DNA of 64,000 bases, taken from assembly GCA_024280015.1 (NCBI GenBank), contig JAJRQY010000132.1:5436-69435 (forward strand), written 5' to 3'. Below are positions 1-9,584 of this stretch, in pieces. Each line of letters starts with the position of its first letter. Position 1 is the stretch's first letter. The position numbers and the translations under genes were made by a program. Origin of the DNA: Actinomycetes bacterium. GTDB taxonomy: Bacteria > Actinomycetota > Acidimicrobiia > Acidimicrobiales > SZUA-35. Below the pieces are notes generated by a model that saw nothing but the letters and a program-made list of their open reading frames with translations, made no database searches and was not told the origin of the DNA.

Positions 1-20
1 GTCCCGGAGGAGTCCAGCTC

Positions 21-803
21 TTATTGGCTGATCGGGGTGCTAATGCCACCCTCAAGATCATCACTAACCGAACAAGTGATGGCTCCGGAGTTGACACTCA
101 TCTCCACATCACCAAGATCCAACGCAGGTGGGTCATCGAAGTTTGGTGCTCCGTCGATGGTGACGGTCAGCTTCTGCGGGTCAGCACCGTTGGCAATGAA
201 CTGCTCGGTGTAGGCGTCAATCAGGATGCCTTCGGTGACGGTGTAGGCCGCCTGCATGCACTCACTACCGCCGATCACGTTCTGGGCATAAGCATAGGAC
301 AGGGGAGTCAGGCCAAGGTCAGTGTCAACCCAGGGGAAGACATCGGTCCAACGTCCAACCAGTCCCTTATTGACATGGACCGAATCCGCAGTCTTCACGG
401 CATCAACACGAGGACGGACAAAGACAATGTCCTCACCAGCGATCGTGACGTCGGTTGTCCCATCGCTGTTGTACTGGACCTGTGCCGAGGAGCCTTCGAT
501 GCAGGTGTCAACATCACCAATCGCCTCCATGGTCAGGGTGTCCGTTCGATAGACCCGTCCAAAGGCGCTGTGCTCGCGTCGCCCCTCCACCGGGACAAGG
601 GCGTGGACTCGGGCCCGACAATCCAATGTGATCGGCTCGATGGCGGTGATCTTGGCCTCTTCGGGCAAGGTGAGTTGTACGTCAACCTCGGTGAAGTCAA
701 TGTCAGGCGTCCAGGGGAACTGCAAGGAGACAATGTTGGTCCACAGGCCAAACACGGCAACAGCCAGTGCGCCCAGAACGGCTCCGCTCAGTATTCGATT
801 CAT
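21..803 (-). CDS. hypothetical membrane-anchored or secreted protein
   Basis: ORF 21..845(-). The ATG at 803 is preceded by GGAG. N-terminal hydrophobic helix MNRILSGAVLGALAVAVFGLW. Minus-frame codons mostly end in G/C, while the fully overlapping + ORF 24..854 is a Gly/Arg/Leu-rich shadow. No family recognised. Confidence 0.6.
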   Translation of the reverse strand: MNRILSGAVLGALAVAVFGLWTNIVSLQFPWTPDIDFTEVDVQLTLPEEAKITAIEPITLDCRARVHALVPVEGRREHSAFGRVYRTDTLTMEAIGDVDTCIEGSSAQVQYNSDGTTDVTIAGEDIVFVRPRVDAVKTADSVHVNKGLVGRWTDVFPWVDTDLGLTPLSYAYAQNVIGGSECMQAAYTVTEGILIDAYTEQFIANGADPQKLTVTIDGAPNFDDPPALDLGDVEMSVNSGAITCSVSDDLEGGISTPISQ

Positions 804-1113
804 GGTTTGACTCCGATCGTGGCCCCAATGAGCTGGCTTGCCCATCCCTTATAGGACGGCTGAACAACGTCTTTTGTCGCGACATAGGTTCCCGAAATGC
901 CCAGATTGCGGGCAATCGGTAGCCGAACTGTCTTCCGTTCAGCCCAGTTCGAGTTCCGTAATAGAGAAGACATGTATCTTTCATTTCGATGTCAAAGGGC
1001 CTTGCCGATGATGGCGGACACCACTTGTCTGCCATCCTTTGAGCAGGCCATCAAGGGCGACTTGGTTGGCCAACGAGGGAATGAACGGCGACGAGGCGAC
1101 AGGTGGAAGCGGA

Positions 1114-1389
1114 ATGACAACGGCAATTCTTGTAGACCAAACAACAGAACGACAGTCAATCGATGCTCAACATGAGCTCGTTCTCGTCAGCATTGTTTCG
1201 GTGTTCATAGTGGCCACTGGGATCCTGGTAAATGGGGCGACCACTGGGCTTCTTTCTGCCGCTGTTCTGGTTTCGGGATCCACCCTGCTGCGCCGAGCGG
1301 GCACACCACTTGGTATGAAGCGAGCTTCGGTAGTTGGTGCCGCTCATCTTGCTGCCGTGGTTCTTCTAGCCCTCACTGCCACCGTCTAG
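1114..1389 (+). CDS. small hypothetical membrane protein (about 3 hydrophobic helices)
   Basis: ATG 1114 is preceded by GGTGGAAG. Hydrophobic segments LVLVSIVSVFIVATGILV, LLSAAVLVSGSTLL and AAHLAAVVLLALTA. No homology recognised. Confidence 0.4.
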   Translation: MTTAILVDQTTERQSIDAQHELVLVSIVSVFIVATGILVNGATTGLLSAAVLVSGSTLLRRAGTPLGMKRASVVGAAHLAAVVLLALTATV

Positions 1390-1401
1390 TCCCCACCCAA
1401 G

Positions 1402-1424
1402 CAACCCCTGACTTGGAGGGGTTG
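1402..1424 (+). terminator. possible hairpin after the small membrane ORF (8-bp stem CAACCCCT/AGGGGTTG, 7-nt loop)
   Basis: Inverted repeat read directly from the sequence. No U-tract follows, so this is weak as an intrinsic terminator. Confidence 0.3.
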
Positions 1425-1450
1425 GTGGTCCCGAGGCTGTTGAGCCACAC

Positions 1451-3897
1451 TTGTCCCTCGTCGAAGGGACTATTTTGCGTGCGGTAGAAGAGTTGCTGGA
1501 ATCGCTGACACTTCAAGAGAAGGTTGCGTTGCTTTCCGGCAGTGACCCGTGGCGGACCACTCCTATCCCTCGCCTCGGCATTCCAGCGATCAAGGTAAGC
1601 GATGGCCCAAACGGGGTACGAGGAGACAGTACATCCGGAGCCCGAGCTGTCTGCCTGCCCGCAGCCATTTCCCTGGCTGCGTCATTTGACACTGATCTGT
1701 GACAGCGGTTGGACAACTCCTTGGCCGAGAAACAGTACGCAAGGGAGCCTCGATCTTGCTGGCCCCAACCATCAATATGGCCAGAAATCCACTAGGTGGA
1801 CGAAATTTTGAAAGCATGGGCGAGGACCCACTTCTGACCGGAGCGATGGCCGCCGCCTACATCACCGGAGTGCAAGCCGCTGGTGTTGGTGCTTGCGCCA
1901 AGCACTTCGTTGCCAACGACACCGAGTACCGGCGCATGACCGTGTCTTCACAAATCGATCCCCGGGTCTTGCGTGAGGTCTACCTCGCTCCGTTCGAACG
2001 AGCGGTAGAAGCCGATGTCTGGTCCATCATGTCGGCCTACCCGAAGCTCAACGGTGAGCACTGCAGCCAGAACCCCTGGCTCTTGAGCACCGTGCTTCGT
2101 GACGAGTGGGGCTTTGAAGGAATCGCTGTTTCTGATTGGGGAGCGACCCATCACCGTTCAGCTCCGTTGCTAGCGGGGCAAGACTTGGAAATGCCCGGTC
2201 CGACCATTCATCTTGGCGACAAGACTCTGGCTGCGGTAGCTGATGGTGAGATCAGCGAAAAAACAATCGATACCCGAGTTCGTGCCATGCTGCGGATGAT
2301 TGTTCGTTCTGGACGACTTGGCCAGATGGATGAGCAAGCAGAGCAGAGCATCGATCTGCCCGAGGATCGAGCACTAGCTCGCCGCGCCGCTTCCAGCGGC
2401 ATGGTCTTGCTTCGAAACACTGGCCTTTTGCCCCTCGACCCGGCTGCGATCAAATCCGTTGTCCTCATCGGCCCAAATGCCGACCCGGGAGTCCTGCAAG
2501 GTGGTGGCTCTGCCGAACTCTTCTCCCACCACAGCGTGTCGCCACTCAGCGGCCTCCAAGCTGCCTTACCCGATGCAGCGGTGAGCTTGCAACGTGGCTG
2601 CCTGAGCCACCGCTACCTCCCCCAGGTCGAACGAGAGCAATGGTTGGCCGCTGAGGGCCGCCCGATCAAGCTTGACACGTTCGACGGTGGCCAGCTGGAT
2701 GGGAAGGTGGTCTCGACCCGCCAGATTTCCACTATTCGAGCGCTGAGTATGACCCCACCCAAAGGCGTTGCTGACCCCGGGAACTGGTCCCAGAGGTTCA
2801 GTGGCAAGCTCCGCATTGAAGAATCTGGTATTCATCAGTTTGCGGTGCAAGCCATCGGCCGGTCCCGGGTTCTCGTTAACGGTGTGCTCGTTGTTGACAA
2901 CTGGACCGACCCGCACCCCGGTGACGGCTTTTTCCAAAGTGCCAGTACCGAAATCGTCGGCCAGCTGCAGATGGAGGCCGGAATGGTGGCTGATGTGGTG
3001 GTTGAGTGGGCATTCGAATCCGATGGTTTCTTGATGGGCCTTCGCTTCGGTCACTTCCTCCAGGTGGATGAGGATGCAATGATGAACGAAGCTGTTGCTG
3101 CGGCTTCTACTGCTGACACTGTCGTAATCGTTGTTGGTCAGAACGCCGAATGGGAGACTGAGGGCCATGACCGGCCCCTCTTTGGTCTCCCCGGTCGACA
3201 AGCCGAGCTTGTTCGCAGGGTGCTCGAAGTGAACCCAAGGACTGTCGTTGTTCTCAACGCTGGTGGACCCGTTGACCTGCCCTGGTTCGACGATGCTGCC
3301 GCTGTTCTTGTTGCCTGGTATCCGGGTCAAGAGTTTGGCAATTCCTTGGCTGATGTATTGCTCGGCCGGGTCGATCCCGGAGGTCGGCTGCCAATCACGT
3401 TCCCGAAAGTGTTGTCGGATTCCCCCACCTACTTAGATGTTCCCGGAGACGGTGACCGGCTTCACTACCGAGAGGGCCTCTTTGTTGGCTACCGCTGGTA
3501 TGACGCCCGCTCCATTGAGCCCCTTGCCGAGTTTGGTGCCGGCCTGTCCTACGCCGAGTTTGAGATTGAACAACCGAAATCCCAAACGACCGAAGCGGGT
3601 GAGACGCTGAGTTTCGGGGTTAGCAATACCTCAGATCGAGCAGGGACTTGTGTAGTCCAGGCCTATGTCCAACCACCTGTCGGATCAGTGACCAGGCCGC
3701 ACCAACACCTCGGCGGATTCGTTTCGGTTCACCTCAAAGCAGGCGAGCACAAGGTGGTTGAGGTCAAGATTCCTGAGCGCTGCTTCAAGGTGTGGATTGA
3801 GGGCGAGGGTTGGTCCCTGCCTCCGGGGGCGTACTCTCTGCATATCGGTACATCGAGTCGGCAAATCGTCGGGACTGTTGTGACCGTTCGAGCCTGA
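1451..3897 (+). pseudogene. GH3 beta-glucosidase with PA14-like insert, split by a 1-nt frameshift at about 1697-1702 (or an assembly error)
   Basis: Piece 1 is 1451..1702 (LTLQEKVALLSG, GIPAIKVSDGPNGVR). Piece 2 is 1699..3897 (KHFVANDTE, nucleophile motif GFEGIAVSDWGA, PA14-like block around FSGKLRIEESGIHQFAVQAIG, C-terminal beta-sandwich). The pieces are in different frames. The junction SFDTDL|VTAVGQLLGRE is continuous relative to typical GH3 proteins. Confidence 0.75.
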
Positions 3898-4634
3898 TGC
3901 GAGACCTTGATGAGCGAAATAGAGGACCGAGACGGCCTCGCTGGCTGGTGCCAGCGGTTCTTGTTGTCTTGCTATTGGTGCTGTTCGGGAGATTTGATCG
4001 TTCGGAGCAGGAAACGATTGAGCTTGGTACTCCTTCGCGCATCATCGTGATCAACAATGCTGGACCAGTGAGTGTTCGCCAGGGGCCAGTCTCTCAGGTC
4101 ACCCACCGAGACAGTTGGGCCTTTGGGCAACCATCATTTGAGATTGAGGTGAACGAAAGCGACATCTTGATCCGGGTCATGTGTAACGGTCCGATGCCTT
4201 GTCGATCCAGCATCAACCTCGAGGTCACAGGCGCACCAGACCTGTTGGTCATGGCCGATGGCTTTGTTGACGTTGACCAATTCGACGGCAAGCTCACCGT
4301 GTTTTCCTCCAAGGGAGGGGTTGCCCTCGGCCCACTCTCGGGTTCGGTCCGTGTTGTATCCAACGGGCCAGTCACTGGTGCTGGTCTGCAGACCGATTTG
4401 TTGGATGTCTCCTCATCAGCTGATGTTGACCTGTGGTTTGGAGGCGAGGTCGTTGAGCACCGACTGCAGATTGTTTCCTCCGATGGTGACGAACGAGCAA
4501 TCAGTGACGAGGCGATCCGGATTGAGATTGCTACCGATGGTGAAGCTGCTAGTTCGGTAGCCATTCGCACCGATGGCGAGGTGTACCTTCGCCCGCCACC
4601 TCCTCCGCTTGCGCTACCCCAGCAACCAGACTGA
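3897..4634 (+). CDS. membrane-anchored beta-strand repeat protein, DUF4097/putative-adhesin-like
   Basis: ATG 3897 overlaps the GH3 stop (TGATG). Anchor RPRWLVPAVLVVLLLVLFG. Repeated short beta modules (GPVSVRQG, GSVRVVSNGPVTG, DVDLWFGG). Pro-rich tail. Confidence 0.5.
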   Translation: MRDLDERNRGPRRPRWLVPAVLVVLLLVLFGRFDRSEQETIELGTPSRIIVINNAGPVSVRQGPVSQVTHRDSWAFGQPSFEIEVNESDILIRVMCNGPMPCRSSINLEVTGAPDLLVMADGFVDVDQFDGKLTVFSSKGGVALGPLSGSVRVVSNGPVTGAGLQTDLLDVSSSADVDLWFGGEVVEHRLQIVSSDGDERAISDEAIRIEIATDGEAASSVAIRTDGEVYLRPPPPPLALPQQPD

Positions 4635-4673
4635 CGTAGGAAAACGCTTGCAACTGCTGATAGTTGTTGACCA

Positions 4674-5462
4674 GTGAAACCAGCAGATTCGCGCGATGAG
4701 CTTTCCGAGATATTGATGGTCCGAGACCCAACCGAGGGCCTCTGGCAGTTTTGTGATTCGGGCCGAGCGGCCGAGGTCGTCCCCGAGCTTCCGGCCTTGC
4801 AACTGGAACAAGACCCCATTCACCGGCACAAGGACGTGCTGGCCCACACCATTGCCGTTACCGCCAAGACCGAACCTATTCTGACCTTGCGCCTTGCCGC
4901 CCTCTTGCATGACATTGGTAAGCCAGCAACCCGGTCCTTTGTCCATGGCAAGGTCACCTTTCGTCATCATGAAGCAGTTGGGGCCAAGATGGCCCGAAAG
5001 CGGATGCGAGCGCTTGAGTACGAGCCAGCAATGGTCAAGGACGTGACCGAACTCGTCCGACTGTCCGGTCGATTCAAGGGCTACGGCGACGGTTGGAGCG
5101 ACAGTGCCGTTCGCCGCTACGCCCGCGAAGCCGGCCCACTCCTTGGCGAGCTCAACAAGCTGATTCGAAGCGACTGCACCACAAGAAATCGATCAAAGGA
5201 AGCTCGACTCAATCGCCTCATCGACGAGATGGAAGGCCGTATTGTCGACCTGGCCAAAGAAGAGGCTGAGGCAGCAAAGCGCCCTCAGATTGATGGCCAA
5301 GCAGTCATGGAACGCTATGAGGTTCGGGGCGGACCGATCGTTGGTAAGGCACTCCAGTTCCTGCTTGTGATCAAGAACGAAGAAGGTGACCTTCCGATCG
5401 AAGCGCTCCATGAGCGGCTTGACGCCTGGTGGGCCGACAACGGGCCAAGCAACCCCTCATGA
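4674..5462 (+). CDS. HD-domain protein equal to the C-terminal half of an actinobacterial CCA-adding enzyme/PcnA; nucleotidyltransferase head absent
   Basis: GTG 4674. Motifs LPELPALQLEQDPIHRHKDV, AALLHDIGKP (HD), RFKGYGDGWSDSAVRRY and RSDCTTRN. No PolyA-pol head domain is encoded upstream in any frame. Confidence 0.8.
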   Translation: MKPADSRDELSEILMVRDPTEGLWQFCDSGRAAEVVPELPALQLEQDPIHRHKDVLAHTIAVTAKTEPILTLRLAALLHDIGKPATRSFVHGKVTFRHHEAVGAKMARKRMRALEYEPAMVKDVTELVRLSGRFKGYGDGWSDSAVRRYAREAGPLLGELNKLIRSDCTTRNRSKEARLNRLIDEMEGRIVDLAKEEAEAAKRPQIDGQAVMERYEVRGGPIVGKALQFLLVIKNEEGDLPIEALHERLDAWWADNGPSNPS

Positions 5463-5484
5463 CCTTGCCTCCCGCTATCGACGC

Positions 5485-5784
5485 ATGAAGAAATCACCAG
5501 ACCGTTCTGGTCTCACACCCTTTGAGGCTGCGGTGGTTGCGATCTTGGATTCGACCGTCCCCGGCGATGTGATGAGTTATGGCGATGTTGCCGCCGAAGC
5601 TGGCTTCCCGGGTGCGGCCCGAGCTGTAGGTGGTGTGTTGAAACGGGTTGAGGACCTTCCCTGGTGGCGAATCGTCAACTCAACCGGACGGGTCATTCCT
5701 CACAATCCCAAGGAGCACATTCGGCGGCTGCGAGCCGAAGGGGTCGAAGTCAAGAACGGAAGGGTTGTCGCTTCCAGTGACTAG
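5485..5784 (+). CDS. alkyltransferase-like (ATL) / MGMT DNA-binding-domain protein lacking the acceptor Cys
   Basis: ATG 5485. SYGDVAAEAGFPGAARAVGGVL helix-turn-helix region. The active-site position reads PWWRIV where PCHR would be expected. Confidence 0.75.
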   Translation: MKKSPDRSGLTPFEAAVVAILDSTVPGDVMSYGDVAAEAGFPGAARAVGGVLKRVEDLPWWRIVNSTGRVIPHNPKEHIRRLRAEGVEVKNGRVVASSD

Positions 5785-5790
5785 GTCCGG

Positions 5791-6753
5791 TCAGGCCTGG
5801 TAGCCAAATCGCTTCAGGACCGGACGAGTAATTCGGGTCACGGTTGCCTTTGCCTTGGCATCAAGCTCGGTCTTCCAGGCATCATCCAGTTTCAGGGTGA
5901 TTTCATCACCGTCGAATCGAAGCGGGTTTCCGGCAATGGAATGCATTGGATTCTGGAGGTGGATGGTCATGCCTTCAATCATCGGGAACAGGTCATGCCC
6001 CGCGATCCCAGCAAAGTTGGCAACCGCGGTCATCGAAGCTTGCGGATTGGCCAGGAAGTCTTCGTAGCGCAAGCGATGCGTCGCAACACCAAGCTTGGCC
6101 AGAGCTTCAAAGCCAAGATTGTCCGTCACCCACCGCAATGCCGTGCGTGACGGCTTGTAGGTCGGCATTGACTGGCCGTCGGCCTCGGGCCGGTCGATGA
6201 CCTTGGTCCACGAATGAGCAACACCGCGCGGATCACGCAGCACATGGAGGACTCGGACATCCAGCGAGGGGTCCAGGGCCAGCAGGGCAGCGGTTGACAA
6301 GTGCTTGGAGGAGTCAAGGATGATTTTGGTTCCACCATCGGGCGATGGTCCAGCGACGGCGGCTGAGGCCTGCAGTACTGGACGCAGGTAGCCCAGGTAC
6401 TCGTTCTGCTCGTCGCTGCTTCTTCCGGATCGAAGGGCCCGGAAGATCTGAGGAAGCATGCGACTGCGATCTTGCTTCCACCGCAGATCAATGACCCGGT
6501 CAAGGTCAACATTGGCCCATGAGCCAAACGCTGCTTCTCCAACCGCGCCCCAGTGAGGGCAGGCGGTGAAGGGTTGGCCGCAGCCGCAACGTTCCTGGTC
6601 TCGCACACCACGCTCCCACAGGTGCACGGTTTCACCGACTGCCTGGGTTTGGGGAAGCTCATTGAGAAGCTTCTCGATCAGGGTTGTCCCCGATCGGCCA
6701 AGCCCACCGATAAACAAGACGGTTTGACGGTCCGGGCCTTGCTCAGGGCTCAC
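5791..6753 (-). CDS. sulfotransferase family protein
   Basis: N-terminal PAPS-binding loop GGLGRSGTTL, later LRDPRGVAHSW. 320 aa. Confidence 0.75.
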   Translation of the reverse strand: MSPEQGPDRQTVLFIGGLGRSGTTLIEKLLNELPQTQAVGETVHLWERGVRDQERCGCGQPFTACPHWGAVGEAAFGSWANVDLDRVIDLRWKQDRSRMLPQIFRALRSGRSSDEQNEYLGYLRPVLQASAAVAGPSPDGGTKIILDSSKHLSTAALLALDPSLDVRVLHVLRDPRGVAHSWTKVIDRPEADGQSMPTYKPSRTALRWVTDNLGFEALAKLGVATHRLRYEDFLANPQASMTAVANFAGIAGHDLFPMIEGMTIHLQNPMHSIAGNPLRFDGDEITLKLDDAWKTELDAKAKATVTRITRPVLKRFGYQA

Positions 6754-7685
6754 TGCCAGTTCATCTCTCGCCCGAGTAAGGCTTCGAGCTTGATGGTGTC
6801 TTGGGACAGGGCGGCTTTGAGCAAGGCAGTGGCCTCGGGCGAGACGGGGTCCTTTGGTTTCATATTCCAGGCAGAGAATGCCGCAGGTTCATAGCTGGAC
6901 AGACCGAGAAATTCCAGGACCTGGCCATAGATTTTGCCCGGATCGGCGTACATGTCTTCACTGCGAAGCACGAGTATCTGTTCGGCTGGAAAAGTATCGA
7001 GCCAGCGCGACAGGCCATTGACATAGCGGCCCTGGTCAATGTAGGAAAAGTGCTGATGGGCGAAGCTGACATAGCTTGGGTCAGCCAGCATCCGTGACTC
7101 TTCGCCAGCCAATCGCTCCGTTTCAGCAGCTAGTGCCGCTTCGAAGGCCAGCGTCTCCACACCGTTACGGGTCCGTTCGGTCCAGTGACTGAAGGCTCGG
7201 TCAACGGGGTCACGCAAGAGGGCAATGACTTTGGCTTTTGGGGCTGCTTGGAAAGCCCGCTCTGCTGCGTGGATGGAGTGGAGGTAGTACGGGGTTGCCT
7301 CACCAACCAGGACCGGGCGACCCTTGCGTTTGGCCTGTCGCTGCAAGCTGGCTTTGGTCGGAAAGTGAGATCGATACCAGCCCTCGCCTCGGCTGAAGTT
7401 GACGTCGAAGAAGTAGGTGCCCTTACGCGTTTCTCGAGCGGGGAAGAGGGAGCTGACGTCGGGGTGTTCCAGGAGCCATCGCGCCATTGAGGTCGTGCCA
7501 CCACGCTTTGCCCCAATGACCAGATAGTCCGGATCGGCCCGAAAACGGGCTGTGGCCTGACCGAACTGGCGGATGGCATCGAGTGAATGGGCGCGAAGCT
7601 TGGCCTGTGCCCCCTCGGGGGCACGGTAGGGGGCGCCATATGGAGTCATGCGCGGAGTAGGTGAGCCGTGGTCGATGGCCATCAA
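6750..7685 (-). CDS. sulfotransferase domain protein
   Basis: IGAKRGGTTS loop and LLRDPVDRAFSHW motif. Overlaps the downstream sulfotransferase by 4 nt. Confidence 0.75.
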   Translation of the reverse strand: MMAIDHGSPTPRMTPYGAPYRAPEGAQAKLRAHSLDAIRQFGQATARFRADPDYLVIGAKRGGTTSMARWLLEHPDVSSLFPARETRKGTYFFDVNFSRGEGWYRSHFPTKASLQRQAKRKGRPVLVGEATPYYLHSIHAAERAFQAAPKAKVIALLRDPVDRAFSHWTERTRNGVETLAFEAALAAETERLAGEESRMLADPSYVSFAHQHFSYIDQGRYVNGLSRWLDTFPAEQILVLRSEDMYADPGKIYGQVLEFLGLSSYEPAAFSAWNMKPKDPVSPEATALLKAALSQDTIKLEALLGREMNWQ

Positions 7686-7784
7686 ACTAGGCTAGCCACC
7701 ATGCAAAACGGGGCAATAGGTCAGATGATTCGATCGGCTTGGGTGTTGCCTTGGGGGTCTCATCGTGAAGGGCACCGCTAAATC

Positions 7785-8405
7785 ATGTTGTTGCTAGCGA
7801 TTGCCGGGACCATTGTGGTTGCTCTGATTGATTGGTGGGCGGTGGCAACTGGTCAGACTCGGGTGGAGGAGGTGGCCAAGCCACTGGTGATGATCGGGCT
7901 CATTTTCGTTTCTCTCACCATCGAGTCCTCACCACCGGGAACTCGGCTCTGGATTGTCATCGCCCTGGTATTTGGTCTTGTTGGCGACGTGTTTCTGCTC
8001 CCACGAGTCGACCAGTTTATTGGTGGCCTGGTCGCATTCTTGATTGGGCACCTGGCCTACGTGATTGCTCTGACCCGACTGGAGCAGGACCGGGCATTGG
8101 TACTGGCCGGTCTTGTGATGGCTATTGTCGTTCTCGGCTCGGTTGGCTTCCGCGTCGTTGGCGGGGTGAAGGGCACACCACTGGTGGGTCCGGTTGTCGC
8201 CTACAACCTGGTGATTGCGGCCATGGTGGTTGCCGCCTTTGGTTCTGGTCAGCCAATTGCCATCGCCGGAGCTCTGGCCTTTGCTGCCTCTGACGCCATC
8301 CTCGGCTTGGATCGCTTTGTTTGGGAAGGGCCAAATCACCGGATCCCGGTCATGGTGCTCTACCACCTCGGCCAAGCCGGTCTGGTAGCCAGCTTGGCCA
8401 GCTAG
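7785..8405 (+). CDS. YhhN-family (lysoplasmalogenase-like) membrane protein
   Basis: Polytopic, 206 aa. GLVGDVFLL and FLIGHLAYV motifs. Confidence 0.75.
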   Translation: MLLLAIAGTIVVALIDWWAVATGQTRVEEVAKPLVMIGLIFVSLTIESSPPGTRLWIVIALVFGLVGDVFLLPRVDQFIGGLVAFLIGHLAYVIALTRLEQDRALVLAGLVMAIVVLGSVGFRVVGGVKGTPLVGPVVAYNLVIAAMVVAAFGSGQPIAIAGALAFAASDAILGLDRFVWEGPNHRIPVMVLYHLGQAGLVASLAS

Positions 8406-8447
8406 GACAAGCGGAACATGTTCACCCCTCAGTGCCAGTGCCAGTGG

Positions 8448-9584
8448 CTAGGGACAGACCCGACCGGATGGGCGATCGGGAATTGACGGGTCGACCACCT
8501 CGACATGAACGTGTCCCCACGACGGTTCACCGGTGAACTCATCAATTTGTGAACGGAAAGGGAAGAGGGTTTGAGTCGGGGCAATGACGGTAACACCAGC
8601 CTCAACCCGGTCTCCGGCCCGGACCTGCACACCATTGATATGGAAGATCTTCACTTCCCAGCCGGGATGCTCGTCCGGCTCGATCACCAGGAAATCGTCA
8701 CGGTATTTGCAGTAGAGGATGTAGCCGCCAGATCGCACGACAGTGCCAGTCACCGGTGAACGAATTTCAAAGCCAGGGTGAACAACAATGTCCGCAGCGG
8801 TCCGACTGCCAGTCCCGCGATTGCGGCTCTCCATGGTCATGACTGGCGGACCACTTGCGGTGAGCTGTGGGCTTGTGAGGATTGTCATCTGCCGGGACCC
8901 ATCATTGCTGGACTGGTGGAAGCCAACCTGTTCAACGGCTACCGACGGCAAGTGGATGGAAACCCCACCAACGTTGGCGAATGGTGCATAGTTTTGAAAG
9001 TCCAGAGCGCGCGGCCCAGTGGGTTCAACCGTCCTTCGGCACCCTCGCCCTGGTACTTCATCAGATGGAAGGGGATGAGAGCTACGAAACTCCAGCGAGT
9101 CGGCGAAGTTGAGCATGATGCCCGTCCGGTCCAGGTGATTGCCCAGCTGGCTTAGCCAGTACAGCTTGCCCTCGAGCTCGGCTTCGCGGTCAAGCACATT
9201 GCGATAAACCAGGTCAATGAAGTCGCTGTCGTTCAGCTCGCCGTAGGTCGCCTCAAACTCGGGACTCTCCAAAAACAATCGGGCGATCTGGGGAAGGGTC
9301 ACACAATGATCCCACCGGTCAAGCCAATACAAGGCGCCGCCAGGGTCAGGCTCGCGATCAAAGATGGCCCAGTACAAGCGAAAGACCTGGGCGTGTTCCC
9401 TGGTCAACTCATCAAGGGAAGCAATCTGTTCGAAGGTGACTGTTTCGCTGTTGACCGCCTCGGTGTCTGCAGCGCTGGCGGACGGCGCAAAACCGATCGA
9501 CGACAGCAGGAAGGTCAAGGCAAGTGCGACGACTCGACACGTTCGCAGGGCTATGTGCTTCTCGTTGACGACCGACACCGGCAT
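8448..9584 (-). CDS. secreted protein: two DUF4214-type repeats plus a C-terminal M23-like peptidase domain
   Basis: Signal peptide ...LTFLLSSIGFAPSASA. Repeats REPDPGGALYWLDR and REAELEGKLYWLSQ with SPEF/SLEF ends. C-terminus has HPGFEIRSPVTGTVV and GHVHVEV (HxH). The start is uncertain (ATG 9584 or TTG 9638). Confidence 0.65.
   Translation of the reverse strand: MPVSVVNEKHIALRTCRVVALALTFLLSSIGFAPSASAADTEAVNSETVTFEQIASLDELTREHAQVFRLYWAIFDREPDPGGALYWLDRWDHCVTLPQIARLFLESPEFEATYGELNDSDFIDLVYRNVLDREAELEGKLYWLSQLGNHLDRTGIMLNFADSLEFRSSHPLPSDEVPGRGCRRTVEPTGPRALDFQNYAPFANVGGVSIHLPSVAVEQVGFHQSSNDGSRQMTILTSPQLTASGPPVMTMESRNRGTGSRTAADIVVHPGFEIRSPVTGTVVRSGGYILYCKYRDDFLVIEPDEHPGWEVKIFHINGVQVRAGDRVEAGVTVIAPTQTLFPFRSQIDEFTGEPSWGHVHVEVVDPSIPDRPSGRVCP

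Noticed and set aside
24-854. 276-aa + strand ORF fully overlapping the 21..845 minus ORF
   Set aside because: It has Gly/Arg/Leu/Asp-rich, low-complexity shadow composition. The minus frame has a signal/TM helix, an RBS and gene-like G/C-ending codons.
930-960. GTTCGAGTTCC resembling a tRNA T-loop in the 310-bp intergenic region
   Set aside because: The flanking bases cannot form a T-stem or an acceptor stem, so there is no cloverleaf. No tRNA was found anywhere in the window by eye, and tRNAscan-SE should confirm this.
2566-3330. 254-aa minus ORF inside the GH3 gene, plus similar shadow ORFs at 4094-4819 and 11458-12361
   Set aside because: They overlap genes with strong family motifs on the other strand. 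I have no independent evidence for them.
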